Shown here in pieces: positions 42,874 to 51,634 of a stretch of 56,743 bases of DNA. The notes below the pieces were generated by a model. The model saw only the letters and a list, made by a program, of their open reading frames with translations. It searched no databases and had not been told where the DNA came from. Location: the IMG/VR virus record IMGVR_UViG_3300037484_000539, positions 1 through 56,743 of that record; one strand, 5' to 3'. Made by a program: the position numbers and the translations under genes. Numbering within the stretch: position 1 is the stretch's first letter; each line of letters starts with the position of its first letter. Source of the DNA: a virus.

Positions 42874-43598
42874 GGTATCGGCACATCCACCAGCTTGGTT
42901 TCAGTGGGTTTGAGGTGGGGCATCACTTCTTTCTGGAAGCGGGTTACGTTTGGGTCTGGCTTGATTCCCAGCATCCGTTCAGCACACCGACGGGTGAGCG
43001 TTAAATCGTTTGAGACGTATTCCAATGCTGCTTTGCGATCTTCAGCCCAAAGTCTGGCAAAGTCGGCTCCTGAGCCTGTTTTAGCTCCAAGGCCGAGCGT
43101 TTTGGCGAGTGTATCGAGAGACACCCGCTGGTCGTAGTTCCCGCACTTCCAAACCTCCTGCAAATCCAGCAAGTCCTCGTGCCAGTAGCGGCCCCGTCTC
43201 ACACACTTGGGAACCTCCACATCCAATGCCCATGAGCGACGAACAAGGAAGGGCAGATCAAAGTGGAAGATGGAGAACCCAACGACAAGCTCAGAGCGTT
43301 GAAGCTTCAACTCCAGCCAGTTCCAAAAGCGCTCAATCGTTTCTGCTTCCGGTGCCTGCGTAATGTCGATGTTGTTGACGGTAGCCCCGCCGCTCCACAT
43401 GCCAATGCAGAGCACTTGCCCCGTGGTAGCGTCAAGAGCGGCGTTGTCGCGCCATGCAATTTCTTTCTCTGCCACGTCGAGCTTGATTTTCTCTGGATCG
43501 CGCAGGTTTTTGGCGGGCTTGAATTCAGGCTTTACTCGCCCCAATTGATCAGGCGGTAAAGCGGAAGTTTCGATGTCGAATACGCTCAGGAGCTTCAT
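42870..43598 (-). CDS. DEDDy 3'-5' exonuclease (PolB-exonuclease-like)
   Basis: Exo I VFDIETS; Exo II FSIFHFDLPFL; Exo III YVSNDLTLT (Y-x3-D). Confidence 0.7.
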   Translation of the reverse strand: MKLLSVFDIETSALPPDQLGRVKPEFKPAKNLRDPEKIKLDVAEKEIAWRDNAALDATTGQVLCIGMWSGGATVNNIDITQAPEAETIERFWNWLELKLQRSELVVGFSIFHFDLPFLVRRSWALDVEVPKCVRRGRYWHEDLLDLQEVWKCGNYDQRVSLDTLAKTLGLGAKTGSGADFARLWAEDRKAALEYVSNDLTLTRRCAERMLGIKPDPNVTRFQKEVMPHLKPTETKLVDVPIP

Positions 43599-43888
43599 AG
43601 AAATCCAAATGTGGGTTTAGCCCGGTTGCTCGGCGCTTCATGGGCTATGCGTTTACGTTTGTTGAATTCAATTTCTTCCAGAAGAAGTGCGCCGATTACG
43701 TACTCCTTCAAAGGGTCGGAGTAAGATAATGCTTTTTTCGTATCCGTTCTGACCGGATCGCCGAATCCCCCAAACGATCTGGCTAAAGCCTTGACAGTTA
43801 CTTCAGATTTTAGAAATCTCTTTGTGACTTCCAAAACAACGGTGCCGTAATCTTCCGTGATGTTTACGTATTTAACCCTTACTCTCAT
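43595..43888 (-). CDS. Hypothetical protein, 97 aa
   Basis: ORF with ATGA overlaps. Confidence 0.5.
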   Translation of the reverse strand: MRVRVKYVNITEDYGTVVLEVTKRFLKSEVTVKALARSFGGFGDPVRTDTKKALSYSDPLKEYVIGALLLEEIEFNKRKRIAHEAPSNRAKPTFGFL

Positions 43889-44199
43889 AAATTCGCCATC
43901 TTAAGAATTTGCTCAACGGTCATGTCTTTCAGTTTTCTTTTAGCTATGCCACGCATCTGAAGAACGATTTCCCGTTTTATTGCCTCCCGCATTTCATTTT
44001 CAATCGAGGCAATCATTTCCGACTCGGCTGGCCATGGAATTTTAGCCATAATCTTTTCCGCCATTGCCCGCCCAGCCTCACGTCCCACATCCATAAACGA
44101 CATGGACGCTCCCAAATTGAATTCTCCAACTATCTTTCCAAGTGAGAAAGTCCCACTGAATTCCACAACGTCTTCGTTTAAGTTCAGCTTGTTTCTCAT
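43885..44199 (-). CDS. Hypothetical protein, 104 aa
   Basis: ORF with ATGA overlaps. Confidence 0.5.
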   Translation of the reverse strand: MRNKLNLNEDVVEFSGTFSLGKIVGEFNLGASMSFMDVGREAGRAMAEKIMAKIPWPAESEMIASIENEMREAIKREIVLQMRGIAKRKLKDMTVEQILKMANL

Positions 44200-44390
44200 A
44201 AATTCCTCGTCATGTCCCGCTGCAATAACTTAAATGCTTTTACCTTAGCCTGAAACCTCAACCATTTTCGGGCGCATGATTTTGCACTATTCCGGGTTCT
44301 GTGCATGTGGGTGCAGGTCAGGTTGTCGCCCACCATCCCCATGTAATAATTTCCAAACACACCCTTTTTGGCTCCGACTTCCGTGCTCAT
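44196..44390 (-). CDS. Hypothetical protein, 64 aa
   Basis: ATG 44390 overlaps the upstream stop as ATGA (ORF 44196..44465). Confidence 0.45.
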   Translation of the reverse strand: MSTEVGAKKGVFGNYYMGMVGDNLTCTHMHRTRNSAKSCARKWLRFQAKVKAFKLLQRDMTRNL

Positions 44391-44764
44391 AAATTCCTGC
44401 TCAAATCCCGCTGCATCGCCAAGAGGCTTCTCGCACTCTCCCACTGGATTTTCTGCGCTTCCCATTCCAGCAATGCTTTTTCTGCCTGCTGAAATTCTGT
44501 GGCCAGCTTTTGCATCTCAAGTTTGTAGCCGTCCGAGCTTCTGGCGCAGGTATCGGCTGCTGCTGAAGATTCCCCGGCTTTGATGAACGGCAAAGCAGCA
44601 ATGGCCAATGCTCGCTTGGTGCGGTCATTGCTGAATTCTTTAACTTGTTTTGCCACGGCTACCTGCGGTGCCATGTGCGAGAGCTTGTCAGCCGCTTGAG
44701 TAAGCTTCATCTGGAGAGCGAGCACATCGCTGTGATCGGCGGCGTTTTGGGTTTGGAACTTCAT
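44387..44764 (-). CDS. Coiled-coil hypothetical protein, 125 aa
   Basis: ORF whose ATG overlaps the stop of the SSB-like gene by 1 nt (TGATG). Confidence 0.5.
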   Translation of the reverse strand: MKFQTQNAADHSDVLALQMKLTQAADKLSHMAPQVAVAKQVKEFSNDRTKRALAIAALPFIKAGESSAAADTCARSSDGYKLEMQKLATEFQQAEKALLEWEAQKIQWESARSLLAMQRDLSRNL

Positions 44765-45393
44765 CAGAAGGGAATTTCCGACTCTTGTTGTGAGCTTGCC
44801 GAAGCATCTGCGTCATTGTCTGATTGATCGCCCGGAGAAGGATCGGCAAACAGCGCGGCATACTCAGGTGACTTGCCAATCTTCTCCTTGGTTTTGTCGT
44901 GCAGCGTGGCAAACACAGCGCCATCGAATTCACCGTCGTTCAACGACAGATACACGCTGGGATTGACTTGCGGGGGGCAGGTTTCACCCTCTCCCAACGG
45001 GCTGATGGAGGAGATATTGACGTATTCACCATCTTCCACCAATGCAAGTCGGCACGGTTTGCCAGTGAGGTTTTTGGGGTCGAAGCCCGCTAATTCCTCC
45101 TTGGTGAACTTTCGTCCGCGCCAACCTTCCAGCATGGGACGAAGCTTCGCTTTGGAGTGCAGGCTTTGCTTGACCGTGAGATGGATCGAGAACGGTTTGC
45201 CCTTCACTTCCGGGTTGTATTTGCCCGTCATCAATTTCAGCGGCATCTCGAATGAGATTCGCACATCCCGGCTGCCCCATGTTTCGCCCTGCCATGAGTG
45301 CTGCTGAGTGCCCAAATCAATCACCGCGTAACAGCGGGCGATGTGTGATCCCGTGGGCGGGTTCTCGAACTGCTGTCCTTCTTTCCACTTCAT
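44764..45393 (-). CDS. Phage single-stranded DNA-binding protein (DUF669-like) with an SSB-type acidic IPF tail
   Basis: The C-terminus ...DNDADASASSQQESEIPF mimics the bacterial SSB DDDIPF tip. The N-terminal PPTGSHIARCYAVIDLG is DUF669-like. Confidence 0.6.
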   Translation of the reverse strand: MKWKEGQQFENPPTGSHIARCYAVIDLGTQQHSWQGETWGSRDVRISFEMPLKLMTGKYNPEVKGKPFSIHLTVKQSLHSKAKLRPMLEGWRGRKFTKEELAGFDPKNLTGKPCRLALVEDGEYVNISSISPLGEGETCPPQVNPSVYLSLNDGEFDGAVFATLHDKTKEKIGKSPEYAALFADPSPGDQSDNDADASASSQQESEIPF

Positions 45394-45443
45394 TTAGTTT
45401 GTCTCCTTAAGTTTTGGTTTCCTTGGCTTCTGAAATTGGGATT

Positions 45444-45782
45444 TTATGCGCCTGACAGCCGCCTCCCGTGGCGGGCGAGGCGTGTTTGTAATTCGATGAA
45501 GCTGACTTTTCCAAAGTTGCGGTATTTGAAAAATGCGTGTGAGGGCATAGCGCACAACTGTCCGATGGTGGCAATGTTCGCATTGTTCAGCACGTTGGCC
45601 AGCCGCACGGAAAGTCCCAGCATGTGAACAGGCTCATCATCGCGCAAGGTTTTAGGGCCGGGTTCCGGAACGCGCATCTCCAGTTCGTGCATCAGCCTGT
45701 CTGCTGACCGGTGTAGCCTGCGCTTAACTTCTTCAGCTACGATGCTTCGTATTTCCGACTCCGACATGATATTGACTTTCAT
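45444..45782 (-). CDS. RNA polymerase alpha-subunit C-terminal-domain (alpha-CTD, HhH)-like protein
   Basis: LGLSVRLANVLNNANIATIGQLCAMPSHAFFKYRNFGKVSFIELQTRLARHG parallels alpha-CTD (LSVRSANCL...I.YIGDL...L...PNLGKKSL.EI). ATG 45782 overlaps the upstream stop as ATGA. Confidence 0.6.
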   Translation of the reverse strand: MKVNIMSESEIRSIVAEEVKRRLHRSADRLMHELEMRVPEPGPKTLRDDEPVHMLGLSVRLANVLNNANIATIGQLCAMPSHAFFKYRNFGKVSFIELQTRLARHGRRLSGA

Positions 45783-45973
45783 GTTCTTGGCTTCTGAAAT
45801 TGCTGCCGCTTTGCTTTGTTTATGTCTCTGCGCTGAAGGGCTACCGCGATGAGTGCTGAAATAGTTCCAATGACTCCAATCATCGCTATTCCAGTGAGCC
45901 ACATAATCACCGTAATAACGCCAGCCGCAATGATAAGCCCAACCTGGATTTTAAAGTACCTGTCGTTGTTCAC
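45779..45973 (-). CDS. Small two-TM membrane protein, 64 aa
   Basis: GTG 45973 lies 31 nt downstream of the box at 46005. Contains VGLIIAAGVITVIMWLTGIAMIGVIGTISALIAVAL. Confidence 0.45.
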   Translation of the reverse strand: MNNDRYFKIQVGLIIAAGVITVIMWLTGIAMIGVIGTISALIAVALQRRDINKAKRQQFQKPRT

Positions 45974-46004
45974 ACCTGCGAGCAAACCACCGCGCGGGAA
46001 ATGT

Positions 46005-46015
46005 GTCAAGTGGAA
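46005..46015 (-). promoter_or_regulatory. TTCCACTTGAC box (exact), facing left
   Basis: The plus strand reads gtcaagtggaa. It heads the 7-kb leftward DNA-metabolism operon. Confidence 0.65.
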
Positions 46016-46366
46016 TAAGTGTTGACGGGCGATTATTTTTGGGGGAGGATGGGGCATGGATTTTCTATGCGGAATATGGACAGGGCTGTGTGCTTACTAC
46101 ACATTTGACTGCATTAAAGCGATCCTCCGAATGAAACTTGAGGAGCGCCAAACGCGTGCCGTGAGACGCGCCAACCTTTGCGCATTACTGTCTCCAAAAC
46201 CAAACTGTCCGGGAAATAATTAAAACCGGGCGCTAAAGTCTCCGCTGTAAACCTGTTCTGAGACTCTAGCTATTTCTAGCGCTGGGCTGGGAACTCCGTC
46301 CAACGCATCGCCCGGAAAGAACCTGAAGGTTTGGATTTCGTTTTAATGCAACGCACTTGCCACACC

Positions 46367-46387
46367 TTAAAGCTTTGTACTTTAAGC
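46367..46387. other. 7-bp inverted repeat CTTAAAG-n7-CTTTAAG
   Basis: Read directly, about 40 nt beyond the stop of the 762-aa gene. The stem is AT-rich and there is no U-tract, so it is a weak terminator candidate. Confidence 0.3.
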
Positions 46388-46427
46388 CGCAAGTTCCTGA
46401 CGCCATCTGTTGATGGATAATACTTAC

Positions 46428-48716
46428 TCATAAAACTCTCTGCGGCACATCCGCCAACAACCCCGGATCGGTGCAGCGAATCCCCTCATAGAGGGCGCGG
46501 TCACGAGTCAAGGCGTGTACAATGATTCCCCGCACCCGGCAATTCCCTTTGATGGTGATTCTAAACTGGAACTGACCATCAATGTCCATTGGTCTGTTCA
46601 CGTTGTCGTTGCAACCCCTGGGAGGGGTAGGGAGTACCATAGGAATCCTGTACTGAGGCAGGTATGGCTGCTCAGGATAGTCACATGGAAGCAATGGGTT
46701 GGGCAATTCACAAGTATTCCGTGAAGCGCATTCCTCCCAGTGGTGCCAGAACTGCCAGCAGGGGTATTGTCCGGGACGGAACTCGACTGTGAATTCAACT
46801 TTCCCAATGAGCCTGTCCACCCACAATTCCATCGTGTCCAGTTGCTTGAACTGGAAAGGATCGCCCCAAGTAAAAGCGGGAGTTTCAAACGACCAGCGAA
46901 CCCTGTTTTCTCCTTCCACTCCACGATCCTGCGCGGCGTCTGAGGTCAATTCCCAGAGTTCTATAGCCTGATGCTCCTCGCTCCAGACAAATGCAAAAGC
47001 CCTCTGTCTCCCACCGAAGTCTCCTTTGAGCATTTGAAGGATGTTTAACCCTTCCCATGCTCCTTCCCAAGCCTGGGGAAGTTTCTCCCCAATGCTGTTC
47101 AGGAGGTCAAAATTCAGGCTCAGGATGGCCCTGTGAGCGACTCCGACGGGAGTTTGGAAGGGAAGGCAGCTTTCGAGCAAACGGTTGTCAAACGCGATTC
47201 CTGTGCCAAACCGAAGCAGGCTCCGGTCATTCTGGGAAGTAGCTCTCTGGACTTCATGTGAGATGGGGGTATTGCCAGGGCCGGAACCAAAGTTTCGGAT
47301 GGCCTGTAATAGTGAACGAACCCCATCCACGGACTGGTAATAGAGGTCGCCGTTGACCGCCACCACACTTCTGTCGCTCGTAGTTCCGAAATTGATTTGG
47401 GCCACCCTTTGAATGGGCTCTTTGAGCAAGACCCACTCGGCGCGGGTAGGAACCACGTTCACGGAATAGACATTTCGACGGGTCATGGGAAGCAACTGTC
47501 CCTCCCCTAACGCGGTGTCGAGATTGGCCGGATGTTTGAGTGCCCGGATATTCCCGGCCATCGTTGGAACGGTAAATACTCCTCCTGAAGTGAGGTAAAG
47601 ATTTTCGGTAATCTTGAGAATGGAGTCTTTGAGATTGTAGGATGCAGTGCCGGATGGCCCGCCCACAATGTCCCCGGCGAGATAATCCCGGCCATTGGCT
47701 TCCCACAACCTTCCCATGTAGTAATCCATCGGCCCCGCAGCAGGGAGTTCGGGTATGGAATAAAGTGTTGAACCAATGGCGTTAACTGTGGCTGGCACTG
47801 CACTGTCCGTGATATTGATGGCGTAAATCTGGTTGGCTCCGGGAGGGGGAAGGGTAGGGGGGTTGATGACCCAATCCGGTATAGGAAAAGGAGATGATTG
47901 GCCAGCCACGCACACACTTTGCAAAGCTTCGGTAAAGGCGGGATCAACTGGCACGGGTACGGCATTGGCAAGTCCATTGATGGGAACTACAAATGGGGCC
48001 GTGACAGTAGTGAGCAGGGTCACGCCATCATTGCGGAAAATTTGCGTGCCTGCCGGGTAGGTGCTTCCAACATTCGTGTCGCCATTGTTTTGCAGGAGGG
48101 CGGTGTCAGCCACATCTACCTGCTGATAAATCTGGCCGTTGACAATGAACCTGTCCCCCGTCCCTCCGCTATAAGGGGCTGTGAGCGTGATAAGCACGGG
48201 CTGTCCAATGGTGGGAGCGGTGAAGGCCACACTGGCCACGCCAAATGCAGTCGTGCTTCCACGGGATCGGCGCATGGTGGTACCGTCCCAAAAGAGGGGA
48301 AGGGTGGTGAAGTCCCCGGCTTGAATGACAAGGAATTGTTCTCCCTGAACCATGAAGCCAAGATCAATGTTGGGGTTGGGAAGCCCCTGAGTTATCTCGT
48401 CTGTGGAATTGTCGGTATCAACACGGGTTCTCCAGATACGCCCACCGATGGAAGAAACGATGTAAGGGAATTCTCCCGGAGGCTCATACATGTACGCCCC
48501 ATTGAACAAATCGACAATGGGCATAGTGGTGAGATACTCCCAGCCCCCTCTTGGGGAAATTCCACCCGCCCGCAGGTCGCAGTTATTACACCACGCGAGT
48601 TGGTTGGGTTTAAGTCCGTTGGGGTTTAGCTGGCCAGCGATAGTCGGGGCGACACCGCTGTTCACCCCGCCATCGAAGGAAAGCTGCCCGGTCGTGATTC
48701 GCGTCTCGCTTGGCAC
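46428..48716 (-). CDS. Large virion structural protein candidate (tail/nozzle-like), 762 aa
   Basis: Uninterrupted ORF with a GTG start. Beta-rich, Gly/Pro/Thr-rich composition. Divergent from terL. The structural role is inferred from size and context. Confidence 0.5.
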   Translation of the reverse strand: MPSETRITTGQLSFDGGVNSGVAPTIAGQLNPNGLKPNQLAWCNNCDLRAGGISPRGGWEYLTTMPIVDLFNGAYMYEPPGEFPYIVSSIGGRIWRTRVDTDNSTDEITQGLPNPNIDLGFMVQGEQFLVIQAGDFTTLPLFWDGTTMRRSRGSTTAFGVASVAFTAPTIGQPVLITLTAPYSGGTGDRFIVNGQIYQQVDVADTALLQNNGDTNVGSTYPAGTQIFRNDGVTLLTTVTAPFVVPINGLANAVPVPVDPAFTEALQSVCVAGQSSPFPIPDWVINPPTLPPPGANQIYAINITDSAVPATVNAIGSTLYSIPELPAAGPMDYYMGRLWEANGRDYLAGDIVGGPSGTASYNLKDSILKITENLYLTSGGVFTVPTMAGNIRALKHPANLDTALGEGQLLPMTRRNVYSVNVVPTRAEWVLLKEPIQRVAQINFGTTSDRSVVAVNGDLYYQSVDGVRSLLQAIRNFGSGPGNTPISHEVQRATSQNDRSLLRFGTGIAFDNRLLESCLPFQTPVGVAHRAILSLNFDLLNSIGEKLPQAWEGAWEGLNILQMLKGDFGGRQRAFAFVWSEEHQAIELWELTSDAAQDRGVEGENRVRWSFETPAFTWGDPFQFKQLDTMELWVDRLIGKVEFTVEFRPGQYPCWQFWHHWEECASRNTCELPNPLLPCDYPEQPYLPQYRIPMVLPTPPRGCNDNVNRPMDIDGQFQFRITIKGNCRVRGIIVHALTRDRALYEGIRCTDPGLLADVPQRVL

Positions 48717-48771
48717 TATTCAGTTGTAGCGTGATTTACAAGCGCCCGCAATTGTTGTTTGATGGGGTGAG

Positions 48772-50601
48772 ATGGAACTGGAAACATTTGGTCTGAAGTG
48801 GGAGGGAAGCTGCCAGCTTAAGATTGAAATGTTTTTCGTGAAGCATGGCGGTTATTACACCAACAAGGCCGGGGAACGGGTCGGCCTTGGGTTGAGCGCC
48901 CACCTTGAGAGGATGCGCCGAATCATCTGGCCAGAGTTGGACGGGGAGCATAATGGACAGCGCTGGCACAAGCTTTGTCGGGACACAATAAGTTCGCACA
49001 AGGTAACGGTATTGATGGGGCCGGGAAGCTCAGGAAAGACGCATGAGGCAGCATGGTCTTCTCTTTGCCGGTGGCTCTCCGATCCTGAAAATACGTGCGT
49101 GCTCGTGTCCTCAACGGACATGCGCGGGTTGAGAATGAGGGTATGGGGCGAGTTGAGTTCGCTATGGGAATCCGCTGTGGCCCGCTTTGATTTCCTTCCC
49201 GGACACATGCTCGACTCCAAGCTGGCCATCACCTTCGACGCTTCGGATGTGGACGGTGATTACAATGACCGCGTAGTGCGAAACTTTCGCGCGGCCATGA
49301 TTGGCATTCCCACCGTGCAAAATGGAAAACAGATCGGCCTTGGAAAGTGGATCGGACTGAAACAGAAGCACGTGATTTTAGTTGCAGACGAGGCCCAATT
49401 CATGGGGCCGTCCTTCCTTTCTGCTTTCGCCAACCTGAACAAGAATGAGAAGTTCACGGCGATTGTTTTGGGAAACCCTAATGACTTCCTTGATCCTCTG
49501 GGAAAAGCTGCCGAACCGATTGATGGGTGGGACAATCATCTTGAGCCGGAGAAGACCAGCGTGTGGAAAACGAGGTTCATGGACGGGGCCTGTGTGAACC
49601 TTATAGGTACCGACTCTCCAAACCTTGATTTCCCCGCAGATAAACCAACCCGGTTCAAGTACCTTATATCTCGTGAGAAGATAGCCGAGACGGCATCGTT
49701 CTTCGCCAAGGATTCGTTCGAGTATTATTCACAATGCGTAGGGGCCATGAAGATAGGTTCTCTCGCCAGACGTGTCCTTACCCGGAGGATGTGCGAGGAA
49801 GGGAAAGCCCTTGATACCAACATCGCATGGGAGGGAAGTTCGCGCACTTCAGTTTACTTTGTGGACTCCAGCTATGGAGGAGATCGCTGCGTTGGTGGGT
49901 GGGGCGAGTTTGGGAAATGCGTGGACAGGAAAGTGAGACTTCTACTTCATCCTCCAGTTATCATTCCCATCTCAGCAAGAGTGGACAAAGAACCGGAGCA
50001 GCAGATTGCCGAGTTTGTAAGACGTGAATGTGAAGGGCTTAACATCCCACCGCAGAATATGGGGCATGATGCTACCGGAAGGGGAAGCCTTGGAACCTAT
50101 TTGGCCCGTGTGTGGAGCGCGGAAACAAATCCCGTGGAATCAGGCGGGTCACCCACAGAACGCCCAGTGTCCGCCGACACGTTCACCAATGAGCCGGGAA
50201 AGCGGGGCCAGACAAGGATCGGAAGGCGGTTAAAACTCTGCAATGAGCATTACGTAAAACGGATAAGTGAATTCTGGTTCTCCGTCCGCTACGCAGTCCA
50301 GTCCAGCCAGATACGGGGAATGACGCAGGACACAATGGAGGAGTTTTGCCAGCGCGAATGGGATCGGGTGAAGGATGACAAGATTGAGATCGAGAGCAAG
50401 CTGGACATGAAGGATCGCATTGGGCGATCTCCTGACCTGGCAGACTGGGCGGCAGGCATCGTGGAAATGGCCCGGCGAAAAGGATTTGTGATTGCCAAGC
50501 TGGAGAACAATGAGGGTAAATCCAACTCCCTCCAATGGTTCGCCGATCTGGCGGCAGAGCAGGCAAGGCTCAATCAGGCGAGGGAGTTGTCGGTGGTGTA
50601 A
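48772..50601 (+). CDS. terL: Terminase large subunit
   Basis: Walker A GPGSSGKT (49018-49041), Walker B-like HVILVADEAQF, about 600 aa, and an acidic nuclease-half. Confidence 0.8.
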   Translation: MELETFGLKWEGSCQLKIEMFFVKHGGYYTNKAGERVGLGLSAHLERMRRIIWPELDGEHNGQRWHKLCRDTISSHKVTVLMGPGSSGKTHEAAWSSLCRWLSDPENTCVLVSSTDMRGLRMRVWGELSSLWESAVARFDFLPGHMLDSKLAITFDASDVDGDYNDRVVRNFRAAMIGIPTVQNGKQIGLGKWIGLKQKHVILVADEAQFMGPSFLSAFANLNKNEKFTAIVLGNPNDFLDPLGKAAEPIDGWDNHLEPEKTSVWKTRFMDGACVNLIGTDSPNLDFPADKPTRFKYLISREKIAETASFFAKDSFEYYSQCVGAMKIGSLARRVLTRRMCEEGKALDTNIAWEGSSRTSVYFVDSSYGGDRCVGGWGEFGKCVDRKVRLLLHPPVIIPISARVDKEPEQQIAEFVRRECEGLNIPPQNMGHDATGRGSLGTYLARVWSAETNPVESGGSPTERPVSADTFTNEPGKRGQTRIGRRLKLCNEHYVKRISEFWFSVRYAVQSSQIRGMTQDTMEEFCQREWDRVKDDKIEIESKLDMKDRIGRSPDLADWAAGIVEMARRKGFVIAKLENNEGKSNSLQWFADLAAEQARLNQARELSVV

Positions 50602-50658
50602 TCATAGTGCTGGCGTGGATTGTTGCTGTAGTGTTAAGGTTTGGGCGTGCGAGAGGAA

Positions 50659-51054
50659 TTAAGCAGAACCAACGATCCAGTCTCTACCGTCGCCGCTGAT
50701 TTGGAATCGGTTGGCCGAAGTCGTTTCACGGAGCGTGGTTTGAGTAATGAAGCCTCGCGCCTTCAGCGTGTCGAGATGGTGATCGAGCAATCCGCCTTTC
50801 AGCCCCGTCTTGCGCGTAATGTCTTCCCCGGAAGCATCGCCATCTACATCAAACAGAAACTTGAGAATCATGTGCGCTTCAGGCTTGAGCGACTCCACCG
50901 GATTCGTCCCGGCTTTCAGCTTCAGATTTTCCGCAACAACCTTTTGATGCTCAAGCTGAAGCTTCTCATGCGCTGGAATGAGATTATCCAATGCGCGCTT
51001 TACCTTCGCATACTCTATTTGCAGTTTCGCATATTCATCGTTGTTCGTGCCCAT
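50659..51054 (-). CDS. Coiled-coil plus winged-helix-like DNA-binding protein
   Basis: 131 aa. The C-terminal ILKFLFDVDGDASGEDITRKTGLKGGLLDHHLDTLKARGFI looks like a wHTH. Confidence 0.5.
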   Translation of the reverse strand: MGTNNDEYAKLQIEYAKVKRALDNLIPAHEKLQLEHQKVVAENLKLKAGTNPVESLKPEAHMILKFLFDVDGDASGEDITRKTGLKGGLLDHHLDTLKARGFITQTTLRETTSANRFQISGDGRDWIVGSA

Positions 51055-51099
51055 AATTGGAGTGCGCCAATCGAATATCCCGGAATGGCAATCGTGCTA

Positions 51100-51225
51100 T
51101 CAGGTGGACTTCCAGAAACGCCAGATGCAAAAGCTAAAACCAGCCACGCCTAGAATCGCAGTCATTATGACTCCAAGGCGCGCGGCGATGCCGAAGGCAA
51201 GCCATAACGCCGCCGACGCCAACAT
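51100..51225 (-). CDS. Small hydrophobic protein, 41 aa (below the ORF-track cutoff)
   Basis: MLASAALWLAFGIAARLGVIMTAILGVAGFSFCIWRFWKST. Its ATG lies 2 nt after the upstream stop. Confidence 0.4.
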   Translation of the reverse strand: MLASAALWLAFGIAARLGVIMTAILGVAGFSFCIWRFWKST

Positions 51226-51227
51226 GG

Positions 51228-51443
51228 CTATAACCAGAACTTTAAAAGTGCCCTTGAAGCTTTCCATAGATTGTGAAGGTGAAGCTTGACTACACTTTCT
51301 TGCGGGAAAACCGCGCGCTCAATAATCCGGCAGAGCCGCAAGGCCGTGAAATGCCCGTCCAGCCTGACAGAATGCGCTACGGCGCGAACAATCAAAAACG
51401 CACTCAGCAATAGAAGCACCTGCTTGGCCGTGATCGATTTCAT
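51228..51443 (-). CDS. Hypothetical protein with an N-terminal TM segment, 71 aa
   Basis: ORF containing VLLLLSAFLIVRAVA. Confidence 0.45.
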   Translation of the reverse strand: MKSITAKQVLLLLSAFLIVRAVAHSVRLDGHFTALRLCRIIERAVFPQESVVKLHLHNLWKASRALLKFWL

Positions 51444-51634
51444 TCCTTGGTAGCGGCGGAAAACGCAATGGGCTTGATGGTGCAGGCTGAAATGTACGTC
51501 TGTTGCCTCTTGGCTATTCGCTGATTATCGAATAGCGTTAGCGCGTGCGAAGCAGTAAATGAGCAAGCGCCTTAGAAAGGGGTCAAAACGATGGTGCAGG
51601 GCCATGTTTGGCGTGCCATTCAATCCGCTGACAA

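Noticed and set aside
46058-46427. tRNA, small RNA or CRISPR in the 370-nt gap, and likewise in the other gaps
   Set aside because: By eye I found no cloverleaf-compatible segments (acceptor/T-arm GTTC.A..C) and no direct-repeat/spacer periodicity. The gap has only a weak AT-rich hairpin and the leftward promoter box. A tRNAscan or Rfam run would settle this.
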